From Camelus dromedarius (Eukaryota): 64,000 bases of DNA. Positions 39,173 through 51,551 of the stretch are shown here, piece after piece (the first letter of the stretch is position 1; each line of letters begins with the position of its first letter). The stretch spans positions 56,174,001 through 56,238,000 of the forward strand of contig NC_087437.1 in the NCBI RefSeq assembly GCF_036321535.1, written 5' to 3'. Made by a program: the position numbers and the translations under genes. The notes beneath the pieces are model-generated. The model made no database searches and was not told where the DNA came from. It saw only the letters and a program-made list of their open reading frames with translations.

Positions 39173-39191
39173 GCAGCGCCCCCTGGCGGCC
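39173..39191 (-). promoter_or_regulatory. CTCF consensus motif
   Basis: Minus strand reads GGCCGCCAGGGGGCGCTGC, matching the core CTCF consensus CCRCCAGGGGGCGC. Confidence 0.7.
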
Positions 39192-39873
39192 TCAGGGCGG
39201 CTCCCCGGGAAGCGAGAGCGAGCGCGGGAGCCCGCTCCGGTCCACGCGCCGCGGCGGGAAGGTCCCGCCCGCGGCGGGGGAACAGCTGGGGGAGGATCAG
39301 GTCTGCAGAGTACCATTGTGCTCGCTTCCTCTCTCTCCTCCCTTCGCTCTTTCCTCCGTGAACCTTCCCAGGCTTTCCTTCATTCAGTCTACATTGATCC
39401 CCAAATTACTGTGTAAGGCTAAACACTAAAAATGCCTAAAGATGAAAACTCGAGCCCTCAAGAAACGCACGGTTTCATTTTCAACTTTTTTTCACCATCT
39501 GATTAAAAGGTATTTCCTACCTCTGTCCACTCTTCTTCCCTCCCTCACACATACTTCCCTCCCGGTTTCCCGCCCCGTTTCTCCTTTTTCCTCCCTCTGT
39601 CCCCTTCTTCCCTTCAGGGTCTCTGGTAGAATCATATATTTTTGCCAGGGCTGTAAAAAATCTTTACACTTTATAGATTAAGGGAACTGAGACCCAGAGA
39701 GTAAACACGATTTTCATAAGATCACACAGCAGGTTAATAGCATGTCCAGTATTTGGTTCTCAGTCTACTTTGCTTCCTACTACATCTCAGCTTGACTGAA
39801 ATCTATGTCTTTTAATCTATTATCATCCTTATGAAAATGCAGCCTACCCTCACCCACCCCTACACCCACTCCT

Positions 39874-39904
39874 ACACACACACACACAGACACACACACA
39901 CACA
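39874..39904 (+). repeat. (CA)n microsatellite
   Basis: acacacacacacacagacacacacacaca. Confidence 0.9.
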
Positions 39905-40430
39905 TCCCAGCCTCTTCCCCACAGCAGTTTGTCTTAAAGCAGTGATTCATTCTCAGAGAGACCTGGCCAGTGGGCCCCACACACCCCTAAAAGGGTGTTA
40001 CAAATGAATTATTAGATGCTATTCATCAAATGTGACAACATCTAAAAAGCACCGCTGCTCCCCACCCCCCCCACCAAGTAGAAAGGGGCCTGGGCCAGAT
40101 TTAGGAAGTCCAGTTTCTGGCTGTTTTTGCAGTGTCTGGCTTTGGCCAGGTTTTGGTCTAGTTCACTTTTTAGTTTCCCTCTATGCGTCTCTAGAGCTTC
40201 CTTCTTTGTAGTTACTCAGAAATTTACCTTAGGGATTGCGGTTTGGAATAATTAAAATGTTTTCCCAACTGCTTTGTGTGTGTGGTGTGAGTGTGGTGGG
40301 AGGAGAGGCTTCTATGGTTTTATTAAAAAAGAACCACCTCAGAGGCAGAAGTGAACATGCTAAGGAAAAACCAAGATATGCTCCAATGTTTACTATGGCA
40401 GCTGCCAGTTTGTAACAAGGAGAGAACAGT

Positions 40431-40617
40431 AAAAGAAAAGAAAGAAAAGAAAAGAAAAGAAAAGAAAAGAAAAGAAAAGAAAAGAAAAGAAAAGAAAAGG
40501 AAAGGAAAGGAAAGGAAAGGAAAGGAAAGGAAAGGAAAGGAAAGGAAAGGAAAGGAAAGAAAAGAAAAGAAAAGAAAAGAAAAGAAAAGAAAAGAAAAGA
40601 AAAGAAAAGAAAAAAAG
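40431..40617 (+). repeat. Compound polypurine microsatellite (AAAGA)11(AAAGG)12(AAAGA)11
   Basis: Counted directly: 40441-40495, 40496-40555, 40556-40610. No pyrimidine between 40431 and 40617. Confidence 0.97.
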
Positions 40618-40639
40618 TTCAGGGTGTGAGTGAGTGGAG

Positions 40640-40772
40640 TGAAAGAACTCTACCATTAAAGGGATGTTGGTAAAGGAGGAGGCCCTGCACCTGATGGGGC
40701 AGAGGGTGTAAGGGAGTCTCTGTACCTTCTGTTCAGTTTTCCTGTGAACTTAAAACTGCCCTGAATAAAGTT
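40640..40772 (+). mobile_element. L1MC-like 3' end fragment
   Basis: gggatgttggtaaaggagga...ctctgtaccttctgttcagttttcctgtgaacttaaaactgccctgaataaa. Confidence 0.7.
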
Positions 40773-43700
40773 ACAAAGAAGCAAAAAAACAACACCCCCC
40801 CCCAAACCCGACCACCCACTCTTCCGCCTGGCTATCTCCAGATACCTTTTGAAGGTTTAAATCCAAAGGATAGGTCTGCATGGAGATTTGGAGATGAGCG
40901 ATGAAGAGGGTCATACATGAACTGATTGATGAGATTTACTTTGGTGTAAGCAAGGTTAAAACAAGGGGGTGCCATCCCTTATCTGGAAGCCTCCCCCAGG
41001 AGGGGTCTCAGGCAGCTCTGGAGGTCAGGACCACACCCAGGATGAGTCCTCAGAGTCTGGACCCGCAGTTAGTAATCCTTTCTAAGTCCAGATGGATGTT
41101 CTGTGGCTCTGGATACATCTCCGTCCACACATGAAGATGAAGAGCTGTGGGTGTGTAAATAAATCACATCTGATTTATTTACACCCCAGGACTGTTGAGC
41201 TCAGAGGAGGCACCCAGAATCTGCTGTGGGACTAAACCACTACCATGTGAGGCAAACAGGTCTTATCTTTTTTGTTCCAGTCAGTTCCGAATTATAAATA
41301 TTTTTAGATGTTTCTTGGTTGTTCAGATTGGTTTAATGAAGACAAGATTTGAGTTCAGTGAATACTTTTGGGCACAGGCCCTTTTAAGCTACATTACGAC
41401 CTGTTTTTATCAATCTATTAACTCAGGGAGTTAGAGGGATGAACTCTGTGGTGAGTCTGGCCCCGTGTTTTTGTTTTTTCCCTTCCAGGTCTGTATGAGG
41501 TTGATTACCTCACCACCCACAGCGCCTCTGTACATGCTGTTTACGCCGCGGTGATCTCTGACATCCCAAATCCTGTCTGGTTTTCTGTCCTTCTCTCAGG
41601 GCAGAGAGGTGAGATAATGGCTTAGCAGAAATCCATCAGCTCAAAAGGAAAAACAACTTACAGACACTGGCCTTTAGTATATGAAGCATAAGTAAGAGAG
41701 GCAACAAGAAGTTTCTAGAAAGGCCATGATAGTGCATCACATGTCCTGGCCTGGTGAGGAGGAACATTAGCTGTGTAACTCAGCCAGATCTCTTCCTTTC
41801 TCTCTCTCAGCTTCCCTATCAATGAAAGTGAGGGGTCGACGTCTAAAAGGTCACCCTAGTGTAACGCTTTGTGATGCTGAGTAGTGATAACTGACGCTGG
41901 TGGGGACGTGCTGTCATCGCCAGGTGCTGAGCCCTGAGGTTTACATGCACCATCTCCTGGGTGAAGGCGACAGAGACACAGATGTCAGATCACCTACCCA
42001 GGATCGAATTTGGTAAACAGCAGCGCTGGGATTCCAGGCTATCCACTTTGACCCCGGAGCGCGTGCCTTTAAGCGCTGTCCTACGGGAGTGCGCTTGTGA
42101 ACCAAATCTTCTGAGAATCTTTGGCTTTTGGGAATTAGGCACCCTATTCATGTGTTTCTCCCTCCAGGGAGATGTTCCGCACTGTGACTGCCCTCCCGCT
42201 CCTTCGTGTCCCGTCTCAGTCTCCTGGGGGCTGCAGAGTCATGCAGGGGTGGTGTTGCTGCCGAGGAAGCAAGTACGGGTGAAAAGAGCAAGCAGCCTGC
42301 TGGCTCCCTCCTATGTGACTGATGCTTGGGCTCAGCCACGATCCTGAGAACCAGGAATTAGTACAAGAGATCCACAGAGAGATGAAAGCAAAGGTGAGAA
42401 TAAGAGCAGTAGAAGAGAGTATAGACAAAGAAACGGCGTCCCAAGGGGCAGCGTGGCAAATTCTCAGAAACGGTGAATGATGAGAGGACGGAGGGCTGGC
42501 GGAGGTAAATGTTGCACTGAGTGACGGTGCATGTTAATGCTGACTCTCCAGGGCTTCTCGGGTTGTCAAAGCAGAATGGACGAACACACCTCTAAGTGAA
42601 CAATCAGCTGTGTCATTACTGAGGGCTTGAGAGAGGGATCGGAGTGCAAATGGCAAAACGGGACACGAATTCTGGTATTAGGTCATGAAAGTCACTAAAA
42701 AGCCATTGGTGCTTGCCTGTCATAACTGCTGCTTACAGTAGTCCCTTGAAGCTCTCTGGAGGTTTTGAGAAAGTCACGAGGTGCAAGTGGTTAAAAGCAC
42801 GAACCTTTTGAATCTTGATTTTGTCACTCACTAGCAGAGTAACTCTGGAAAATGTATACAACATATTTGAACTTGAGAGTTTCCCTCTTTCAGATGAAAA
42901 AGTAAACGCTTACTTCATCGTGTTGTGATGATTAAGCAAGTTAACATGTGTGCACTACTTAGAACGTAATTAGTGTACAGTAAGTACATGAAATGGTGGT
43001 TATTATTATTTAAAGCAGAACAGATATATTTAATTTGCTAACCTTGCCATTTACAAATGATTCTCACATTTGTTCAGAAAGACTGTTTGTCTTGCCTTGA
43101 TTCTTTTAGAATCCCACTTAGAGTCCTAGTTGAAGCACAGTGACGGGGTATCTAGTAGGCAGATATAATTTTGGGTTCAGAAATCGAAAAGGCAGCAATG
43201 AAAGGGATGCGAGCTTCAGATGAGATTTCTAGGCTCCACCTCCCAGCCCTGGAGAGTTTTGCTCTCGAGCCCTGTGTAGCGTCCTTGGCTGGGGCTAAAG
43301 GCTGAAGGGCTCTTTCTGAGAAGGGGTGAACCAAGAGCAGACAGAGGATGGAGATGTGGTACCAAACGACTGCAATCACATGGCTCTTCAGAGGGTTAGG
43401 TGGGAAAATCCTTAGTTCAAGGCTTGTATTAAGTCTCTGTCTTATGTGGACATAAATTTCCCCCTTAGGCCCTCCCCTCAGCTCCCTGCCTAACAGATCT
43501 ATCTTTTCAGAAAAGAGGAAGAAAAAAAAAAAAAGATGGAATTTTGCCATAAAATCTGCTCTTTGAATCATAAAGATTTACTTTGAAGCAAGTTGGTAAA
43601 GGACTGTTCACTTACTTTAATCCCTTTGCTTTTGTCCTGTGTGGGGACAGGTTTCATTTTAAATATTAGAGATGCTAGAAACACCCCACGAACTTGATCA

Positions 43701-43812
43701 TCATGAATCAAGGTCAGATTATGATATTTTACTTTTAATTTCCTTAATGTAACACTGAGTGTATTAGGCAGGGTTCTCCAGAGAAACAGAACCAATAGGA
43801 GAGATGGGTAGG

Positions 43813-43868
<56 letters not shown>
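43813..43868 (+). repeat. (TAGA)14 tetranucleotide microsatellite
   Basis: Perfect tagatagataga... run. Confidence 0.95.
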
Positions 43869-43869
<1 letters not shown>

Positions 43870-44203
43870 CGATCGATCTCTGCATTAGAATGATGTTAGG
43901 CAAGTTAATTATATTTATATATTTTATATATATAGTATATATATAAATAATTATATTATATATTATTAATTTTGTGTATATATAAATAAACATTTTTAAT
44001 ACTTTAAAAAATCCTTTACATTATAAAACAAATACCAAAGGTCAGGCTGTAGAGGGATAATTTCAAAAATGTTAGGGGCAGAATTTGGCCCATTAACAAA
44101 TTTAGCTATGAGAAAGCACCATTGTTATTTCCCACAAAAAGCTACACTGCTACTTAAAATTAGACTGTACCATTTTGATTTATTTTATTTGGGGAGAGTT
44201 TGA

Positions 44204-44242
44204 ATATATATATATATATATTTGAATATATATATATATATT

Positions 44243-44286
<44 letters not shown>
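44204..44286 (+). repeat. (TA)n/(GA)n compound microsatellite
   Basis: atatatat...agagagagag read directly. Confidence 0.92.
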
Positions 44287-47200
44287 TTTATTTTAAATGA
44301 TTGGCTAATGAAATTGTGAAAACTCCCAAGTCCAAAATTTGTAGTGCAGGCCAGCAGACTGGAGACTGAGGTAAAAGTTGATATTGCAATCTTGAGTCCA
44401 AAATCTTGCAGTCTTCAGGTGAATTCTTTTTTTTTTTTTTGGTCCCCTGAAACTTCGATCTTTGTTCTTAAGGCGTTCAAATGATTGGGTAAGGCCCACC
44501 CACATTTTGGCATGCAATCTGCTTTTCAAAGTTTGTGATTTAACCGTTAATCACATCCAAGGAATACCTTAACAGCAACATCTAGACTGGTGCTTGACCA
44601 AACAATTGGCCACTGTAGCCTAGCCATGTGGAGACGTAAAATTAATCATCACGCTAACTAAGACTTACTGATCATTTAGATCCTAAGAGCTTTATTTGTG
44701 TGAACTCAGTACTCAGAAAAGCCAGTGAGTTAGGGGTCAGTCACAGCAGATGAGGAAACTGGGGCCCAGATAAGTAGTTTTCCCCAAATGACACAGCTGG
44801 TAAAGGGCAATAGATCTGGCTCCTGTGGCAGAGAGCTTATGCAGTGGCCTCTACGAGCCTGGAGCATGTGCTTGCCTTCTGCCTCCGTGGTGACTCTCCA
44901 AACCACCCATACAGGGACATCCACAGCCTGAGCCCACAAGTTCCCAGATCAGTTACGTCAGAGTGAATACTGGGTGCTCAGTGAGTGCTGGGTAATTAAA
45001 TGGCTGAGCGAGCAGATGGGTGCACTGATGGAGGAAGAATCTCTAATCTTCATGAGAAGGGGTCTGAGACACTGTGACACAATGGTGAGTAAAGTCAGTT
45101 TTAACTCTCGAGGAGATCCTGGTTTTTGTGGTGATGGTGGTGGTGGTGAGATCAAAACAAAAAGAAGTGGCAATGTGATAAAGATCATAGTTGTTAATAT
45201 GTTGGTCTTTGGGATGAGACCAAATTGGGGTTATGAGACTGCTTTCTCCCTGCATTAGACATGATGCTAACCAAGTTAGTTAACCATTCTGTGCCTCTCC
45301 TTCCCCATCCGTAAAATGAATATATCCAACTCACAGTGTTGTGAGAAGGAAACAAAACTAAGATTGTGTCTGTGGAATGCTGAGTCCAGAACTTGGACAG
45401 TATGTGATCACTGTCAGCTGTACCGAGTGAGCATTCCATGGCCACAGATTAGAGGGTGGTAGGCAGGCTGTCATTCCATCATGTTGAACTCAATATCTGA
45501 ACTAAATTCCCAGCTACATAAGGGAGAGAACATTTTAGGCAAAGGAAAGAATTTATACTGAAAAGCAGAGCAGAGTTACAAACTGGTGTGCTGCCTCTCA
45601 AATTTGGCTTAAACACGCATTTTGCCCAGTAATTATCCAAAAATTAAATTAGCCTTAACTTTAAAAAATTGAATGAGTCCTTCTAAAAAGTCTAGAGTCA
45701 GATCAAAAAGAGATGGCCATACTGTGTGGCTCTCCATGGGCTCTCTGGTTTCCCATTTCTCCACAGTGTCTGCTATTCTTGCTTCATCCTCTTATGTTAC
45801 TTCTCTAGATGCTGTAGATTCTTGGTGCTAATGTGCACATAGGAAGTGTGTGTAGTGAGTAGATGAATTGACAGAACTTGCTTGCTCTGCTAAGGAGCAT
45901 GTGCTTTATCGTGCCCTAAGCAACAAGAAGTGGTCCCAGAATTTTAGGCAAGGACTTGAGCAGATTTGTGTGTTTTAGAAAGATTTTCCTGGGTTGCAGG
46001 AGGCAGAGATAGAAGTCAGTTAATGAAAGGCTGTGGAACTAGCATAGAAATGGGCTGGTGAGAGGGTCTGACCAATGTCAAAGGCAGCAGCACTGGAGAC
46101 AGAGAAGAGTGCACCTGCCAGTGACGAGTGGAGATGAATCTTGTATGCCTTTATGTGATTTAAAGTATTTATGCTGAGCCAAGAGTGATCAAATCTTTGA
46201 AAATGCTGGGTAGTTTTGTCCATCAACACAGGATAGAGACATTACTTGTGTCCCTGAAGGAGAGCACGTGATGGGAAACAGGACTCTGATTCCCTCTCTC
46301 TGTTTAACCATTTCAAAGACGGAGATGAAGCTGGGCCTTGTGGATTCACACAGTATGTCAGTATTTACTATGGCTCTTTCCTAAGAGATTTTTGAGGACA
46401 GTTGTATTATCCATGATTGTGAACTATAAATTGCAACTCTGCTTATTATGGAGAAATAATAAGATTTGAGAAAGGGAGGACTGGTGAAGAAGAGTGGGTA
46501 TTAAAGATTTTTTCTTCCAATTAATATGTAGCTATGAATGATTAGCTCTACCTGGGAATTTGGATTTTTTTTTTCTTGAGGGCAATAGAAAGACATGAAA
46601 AAGGTTTTAAGGAGGAACAAGACCTAGTCAGGTTTGTTTGATCATGTTTTTAACAACATTACTCTGAAGAGTGAAGAATGGATGGTGGAGATGAATTGTG
46701 GATAGGGTACCACAGTGCATTCCAGTTAGAAGAATGTGACTGTGATCTGGGCAAATGCTGGAGGCCAGGACTGGAGGGTCCAAACTGAGAGAAAAATGGG
46801 AAGAATTATGAAGAGGTTAGCTCACTGGTATGTTGGAGAGCAGTTAGCTGTCAAATTCAGGGACTATAGAAATAGTATTAAGGGAATATTGAAATACTGT
46901 AAGCCAGAGACTTCAACTCCCTGCCCTCCCGCTTTAATCATATACACGGCAGGATGTGAGACTATGTGTTATGTGCCATCCCAGGTGCACTGGCCATAAA
47001 TATGTCCCAATTCAAGAATACAGTACCTGACATTCATTGAGTCTGAATGTATGCTCACTATTCTAGGTCCTCTGCCTGAGACTTTTAGAAACAGAAATTT
47101 GAATTACCTCTAGTCTGCTGGAAAAATATTATCTCATTGCCAAATGTTTACTCTAAGGTATAAGCTAACTAGCTGTTAAATTATTAGATTAACTACACTA

Positions 47201-48367
47201 TTTTTATAATACTAAGATACTAATTATGATTTGCCTTCAGACTGATGCTCACTGGCAGTGTCCTGTGAAGTTGTTGAAGTCAATGTGGCAAAAAATGGCT
47301 AAGAGCAGGGGCTCTCCTTCCAGATTTGCTGCGTTTCCTTTGCCAGTTGCTAGCTGGGTAACATAGGCTAGTTAGTTATTATCCTTTGGATGCTCATTTC
47401 TGCATCTGCAAAATAAGGATACCAGTGTCACCATCATCACTGAGTGGTGTGGTAAGGAGAGGGTTATTAGAGAAGGGGCTGGCACATATTAACTGCTCGG
47501 TAAGTCTTATCTCTTATTATAACTGGTACTATAGGAAGACAATCAGGATCTGAGCCAGTGCTTAACAGTGAGAATGGAGAGTTGGGTAGAGGTGAGAAAA
47601 TTTTGCAACAGGAGAAGACGCTTCATTATGTCATAAAATGAAGGATAAATTCATAACTAAAATTCCATAACCCACTGAAAAATAATCAAGACTAAATGAA
47701 ATTACTTTTCCAAAGACACGTATGTGTATGCACTTTTTACCTTCCAATTAAAAACTAAAGTCTCAGAATAAAACTTGCCACTGTTTAGGTCCTCTCTCCC
47801 AACACTTTTTTTTTTTTTTTTTTGCCCCACTTGAGAAAACCTTAGAAAAGACAAAGTTATTCTATGAAAGTTGCACAAGGTAGAGGTTAAACCAGGTGGA
47901 ACCAGAATCAGTGAGTAAACAGGAGAAATTCAAAGAGGACAAAGAACATGACATTGCAAAAGTCCTACAGTTACGAATGAATTTGAAACTGATTTTCTGT
48001 TACTCTGCCCTGTAATATCAGATGCGTCTGGGGTCAGGGCCACCGAATGTGAGCAGTTTGCTGGTTGGAAACCTCTGGTCTTACTGCAGCAGAGGCCAAG
48101 CCTGCTGGAATTTGGCTGCAGAAAGTTGTTATCTTCCTCCCAGTAACTGTCTTCCTCTTCCTCCTGATAGTCATGGCAGGGGCCACCACATTCCCACGAG
48201 CTTCATTAAATATTTACTGAGTATATAATTTACTAAACACAGCAGCTCCAGTACTTACAGCAGGCAAAGACTTGTTTCTGACTTGCTACATTATTATTCT
48301 GTGAGAACTGTCTTTCAGTCCCTTGGCAGGATAAGGGAGAAGCGTTTAATCATAATCCAGACACTAA

Positions 48368-48558
48368 CTGTGCTGGCCAGTTTGTTAGCCACCAGCCACA
48401 AGTGGCTATTTAAATTTTAAATAAAATGAAAACTTCAGTTTCTCTGGTGTACTTGCCACATTTCAAGAGCTCAGTGTAGTGAATGGCGACCCTCTGGACA
48501 ATACAGCTGTGGGACGTTCTATCATCTTAGACTCTTCTATTGTTTGGTACTGTGCTGG
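48368..48558 (+). mobile_element. MER3-like hAT-Charlie MITE
   Basis: tagccaccagccacaagtggctattta...gccacatttcaagagctca...tggacaatacag. Confidence 0.7.
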
Positions 48559-48639
48559 TGCGTTCTGGTTGCAGTCCTACCATTGATTTGGCCAAATGCA
48601 CAAGTTCTACATTAATTTTTTTTATATCCCTCTAAAATG

Positions 48640-49172
48640 AGTATATTTGGGGCTTAGAGGTCTGGTAACAAATTACCACTAATTTAATGACTTAAAACAA
48701 TACCTTTATTATCCTGCAGCTCTGTAGTTCAGAGGACTGAAATGGGTCTCACTGGGCTCAAATTAAGTTGCTCTCAGGGCTTCCTACCTTTCTGAAGGCT
48801 TCATTCCTTTTCTTCCCAGATTCTAGACGCCATCTGCATTCTTGGCTGCATTCAGACACGTCCTTGGCTTTTGGCTCTCTCCCTCCATCTTCAAAGTCAG
48901 CAACTTTGGCTAAGTACTTTTCTCATTGCTAACTCTCTTCTCTCTCTCTTTTTTTAATTTTTAACCTCCCTCTTGTACTTATAAGGATTTTATGATAACA
49001 TTGGTCTCATCAGGATAATCCAAAATAATCTCCACAACTCAAGGTCAGTTGATTAGCAAACTTAATTCCATCTGCAGCCGTGATTCTGCCTTTGCCATGT
49101 AATGTGACATGTTCCCAGATTTGGGGCATGAAGGCACAGACATCTTTGGAAGGGACTTCTGTTCTACCTACC
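48640..49172 (-). mobile_element. MaLR LTR (MLT1D-like)
   Basis: gtaacaaattaccac...ggataatccaaaataatctcc...caaggtcagttgattagcaaacttaattccatctgca. Confidence 0.8.
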
Positions 49173-50964
49173 TTGGTGAGTAAGTGTTTTATAAAGTACA
49201 GTGATTTTCCTTGAAGAGAGGCAACGTAAATATATTAAAGATAATTTAATGAAAATTCTAATTACGTGTAATGAAATAATTTAATTAAATAGTAGTTAAT
49301 TATAAGGAAAATAAGATATTACTAGATGTTATATGCACCAGACACTAAGGTCTAAGATTCTAAGAGCTTACGTGTACGAACTCATGAATGAGTGAGTGAA
49401 TAGAGGCATTAATAGCACCTTAATAGTAGTATGGGATGAATGGAGATGCAGAGAATATTAATCAGAAAAATGGGTTTCTTGTCCTAGCATAGCCACCTAC
49501 CCACCTGTGCAGTGTCTCTAGACTGAAGTTTTTCACATGGATAAAAAAAGAAGACCAGATACAACTATCTCTATGGTTACTTCCAACTCCTAAAATTTTC
49601 CTTTTTGTGTTAAGGTAGAAGGAATGATAAGATAGAAAAAAAGCACATCATTGAGTCATGTAAATTTGCTCCCTAGTCTTCAAAATAAAACAAAACCGTA
49701 GGTACAAGAAAACTGAACAGAGACGATTTAATCGGAGGTAACAGAACACGCTTTTATTTTTTACTGATAAAATATACTATGACTGAAGAAGAAGCTGGGT
49801 AAAAATAGGGAAAATGAGCCTGTGAATTGTGGATACGTATAGTTTGCTTTACTAAGGACCAAGATTAGAAGGTGGAACACCAAGAGAATACTTATATTTC
49901 CAGTTGGATTAGACTTGACATTATTAGTCTGAAACATGTTTAAACATCTTTTCATCTCTTTTCTTTATTTTAATCAGGTGTCTAGAAAAACAGATGACTC
50001 TTTTCGCTATTAGAATTGCTATAGTTCTGTCAAAAGCTATCAGACTTTATGCAAAAAAACCTTTGCACTCAACAAAGTTCACGAACAGCTGAGACTCCGT
50101 GCTGTAGACTCAATGTGTGTGGTATGCAGCAGCTCACTAAAAGAGCACCCCAAAGAATGAGATAAAGGCTTCTTCTCCGAAAGATTCTGCAAGAGAAGCT
50201 TTTTGAATGAAATAAATCTTGGGTTTCAGAACTGTGGCTGAAGAGCCACAACTTTCAGATCAAGGTGCTTTACGACTATTTTGTCTAAATGGTGTTGTTC
50301 TAAACATTAAACAGAGTCTTAGAAATCTTTGGGGGGATGAAACTCTAAATATATTAACAAGTTAGCAGTGTTGGGTACCTTAAAACACTGTAACTTAAAT
50401 GTATCCTTACTCAAAAACTATATATAAAATTGCTTATACCATACATTGGAAATGTTCCCTTATTGGAAGTGAGAACTAATCAGATAAAACTACTCTAAGT
50501 ATAATACTCTCTCTATATAAATCTATCATCTGTCTATGATATTCTGTCAAATACTGTGCAGCCTATTGAACATGCCACACTTATTAAAATCCCATTGTAA
50601 TTTACAATCCTTCCTCTGATTCTGAAAAAAGGAAAATATGCTCCCTCTCCTGGAAATGATATGGTTTGTCACTGTCTATTACAGTCATTCACTCATTCAA
50701 TCATTTATCTATCTGTCACATTCTTCATGGAGCTATTATTTGCCAGGCACTGGAAATATAATGACGAAAAGCTCATATTTTAGTGCTGGTGACAGGCATC
50801 TGACCAAACCATTGTGATGCCCTTTGGTAAGCTCTATGAAAAATGTAGGTAAAGAGTGAAGGGACATCTAAAATTGGAGACAGGAAGGAGAGGACAGAGT
50901 TGGCATTAGAAAGATGTTACTTAAAACTGAACTTTGAGGGATATGACTGAGTCATTCATTATTT

Positions 50965-51373
50965 CTTCCATTCATTCACTCATTGCTACTCTGTGCCAAA
51001 GCAATGCAAGAGCAAAGCTATTCTTCTTCTCAAGGAATTCAAGATCTATTTGAGAGATGGACTTACAAAGAAATAGAGTTGAATGATTGTTGTTAGGATA
51101 AAGCTGTGTGTGTGTGTTTGGCACAGTAGGAGGAAGCTTTGGTAGGGTGGGAGGAAGCTGTAATGATATTGGGAAGGGGAATACCAGGCAAGAAGAAAAG
51201 TATTTCAGAAGTAAAAGTCTGAGACATTTTGGCCAGAGCATATGCTACATCAGGTAAATAGCCATGAAGTATAAAGATTCAAGGAAGGCCAGGAGGAGAG
51301 ACTATGAAGAACCTGCCATGCTGAGGACTTTGGCTTAATCTTTTAGGTTATATGGAAACCCTGAGTGATTTTA
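50965..51373 (-). mobile_element. L2 fragment (left part; continues at 60605-60735)
   Basis: ...ccatgctgaggactttggcttaatct...ggaaaccctgagtgatttta. The consensus continuation aagcaaggaatgac...tttagaaagatca appears at ~60605. Confidence 0.6.
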
Positions 51374-51551
51374 TGTAGAAGCACAGGAACTTTTCTGTGT
51401 GCTCCTCTCCATTCATTCTGCAACCGTCTCCACCCTGCTCTGTGCCCTAGGAGGTGAATCTTTGCAATTGCCTCCCTGGTCTCTGTTGCCCTCTGACTTT
51501 GATCAAAGAGAAACACCTTTAACAAATCAGAGAGCTGGAGGGGAGTGGGAC
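51374..51551 (+). mobile_element. LTR33-like LTR, 5' half
   Basis: tctccaccctgctctgtgccctaggagg...ttgccctctgacttt matches the first half of recalled LTR33. Confidence 0.7.

Larger units (their letters stand above)
38410..39330. promoter_or_regulatory. CpG island covering the CLDN1 promoter and exon 1
   Basis: Very high GC and CpG density compared with the AT-rich, CpG-depleted remainder of the window. Confidence 0.9.
43760..44653 (-). mobile_element. MLT2 (MLT2D-like) ERVL solo LTR with expanded internal microsatellites and an insertion
   Basis: Plus strand starts tgtattaggcagggttctccagagaaacagaaccaatagga and ends ...aaaattaatcatcac. Confidence 0.85.

Noticed and set aside
38756..39316. 186-aa minus-strand ORF and other overlapping ORFs in the CpG island
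   Set aside because: Low-complexity Pro/Arg/Ala/Gly translation expected from stop-poor GC-rich DNA. The ATG lies upstream of the predicted TSS and there is no recognisable homology.
40351..40656. Lys/Arg/Glu-rich and Phe/Ser/Leu-rich ORFs
   Set aside because: Translations of the pentanucleotide microsatellite.
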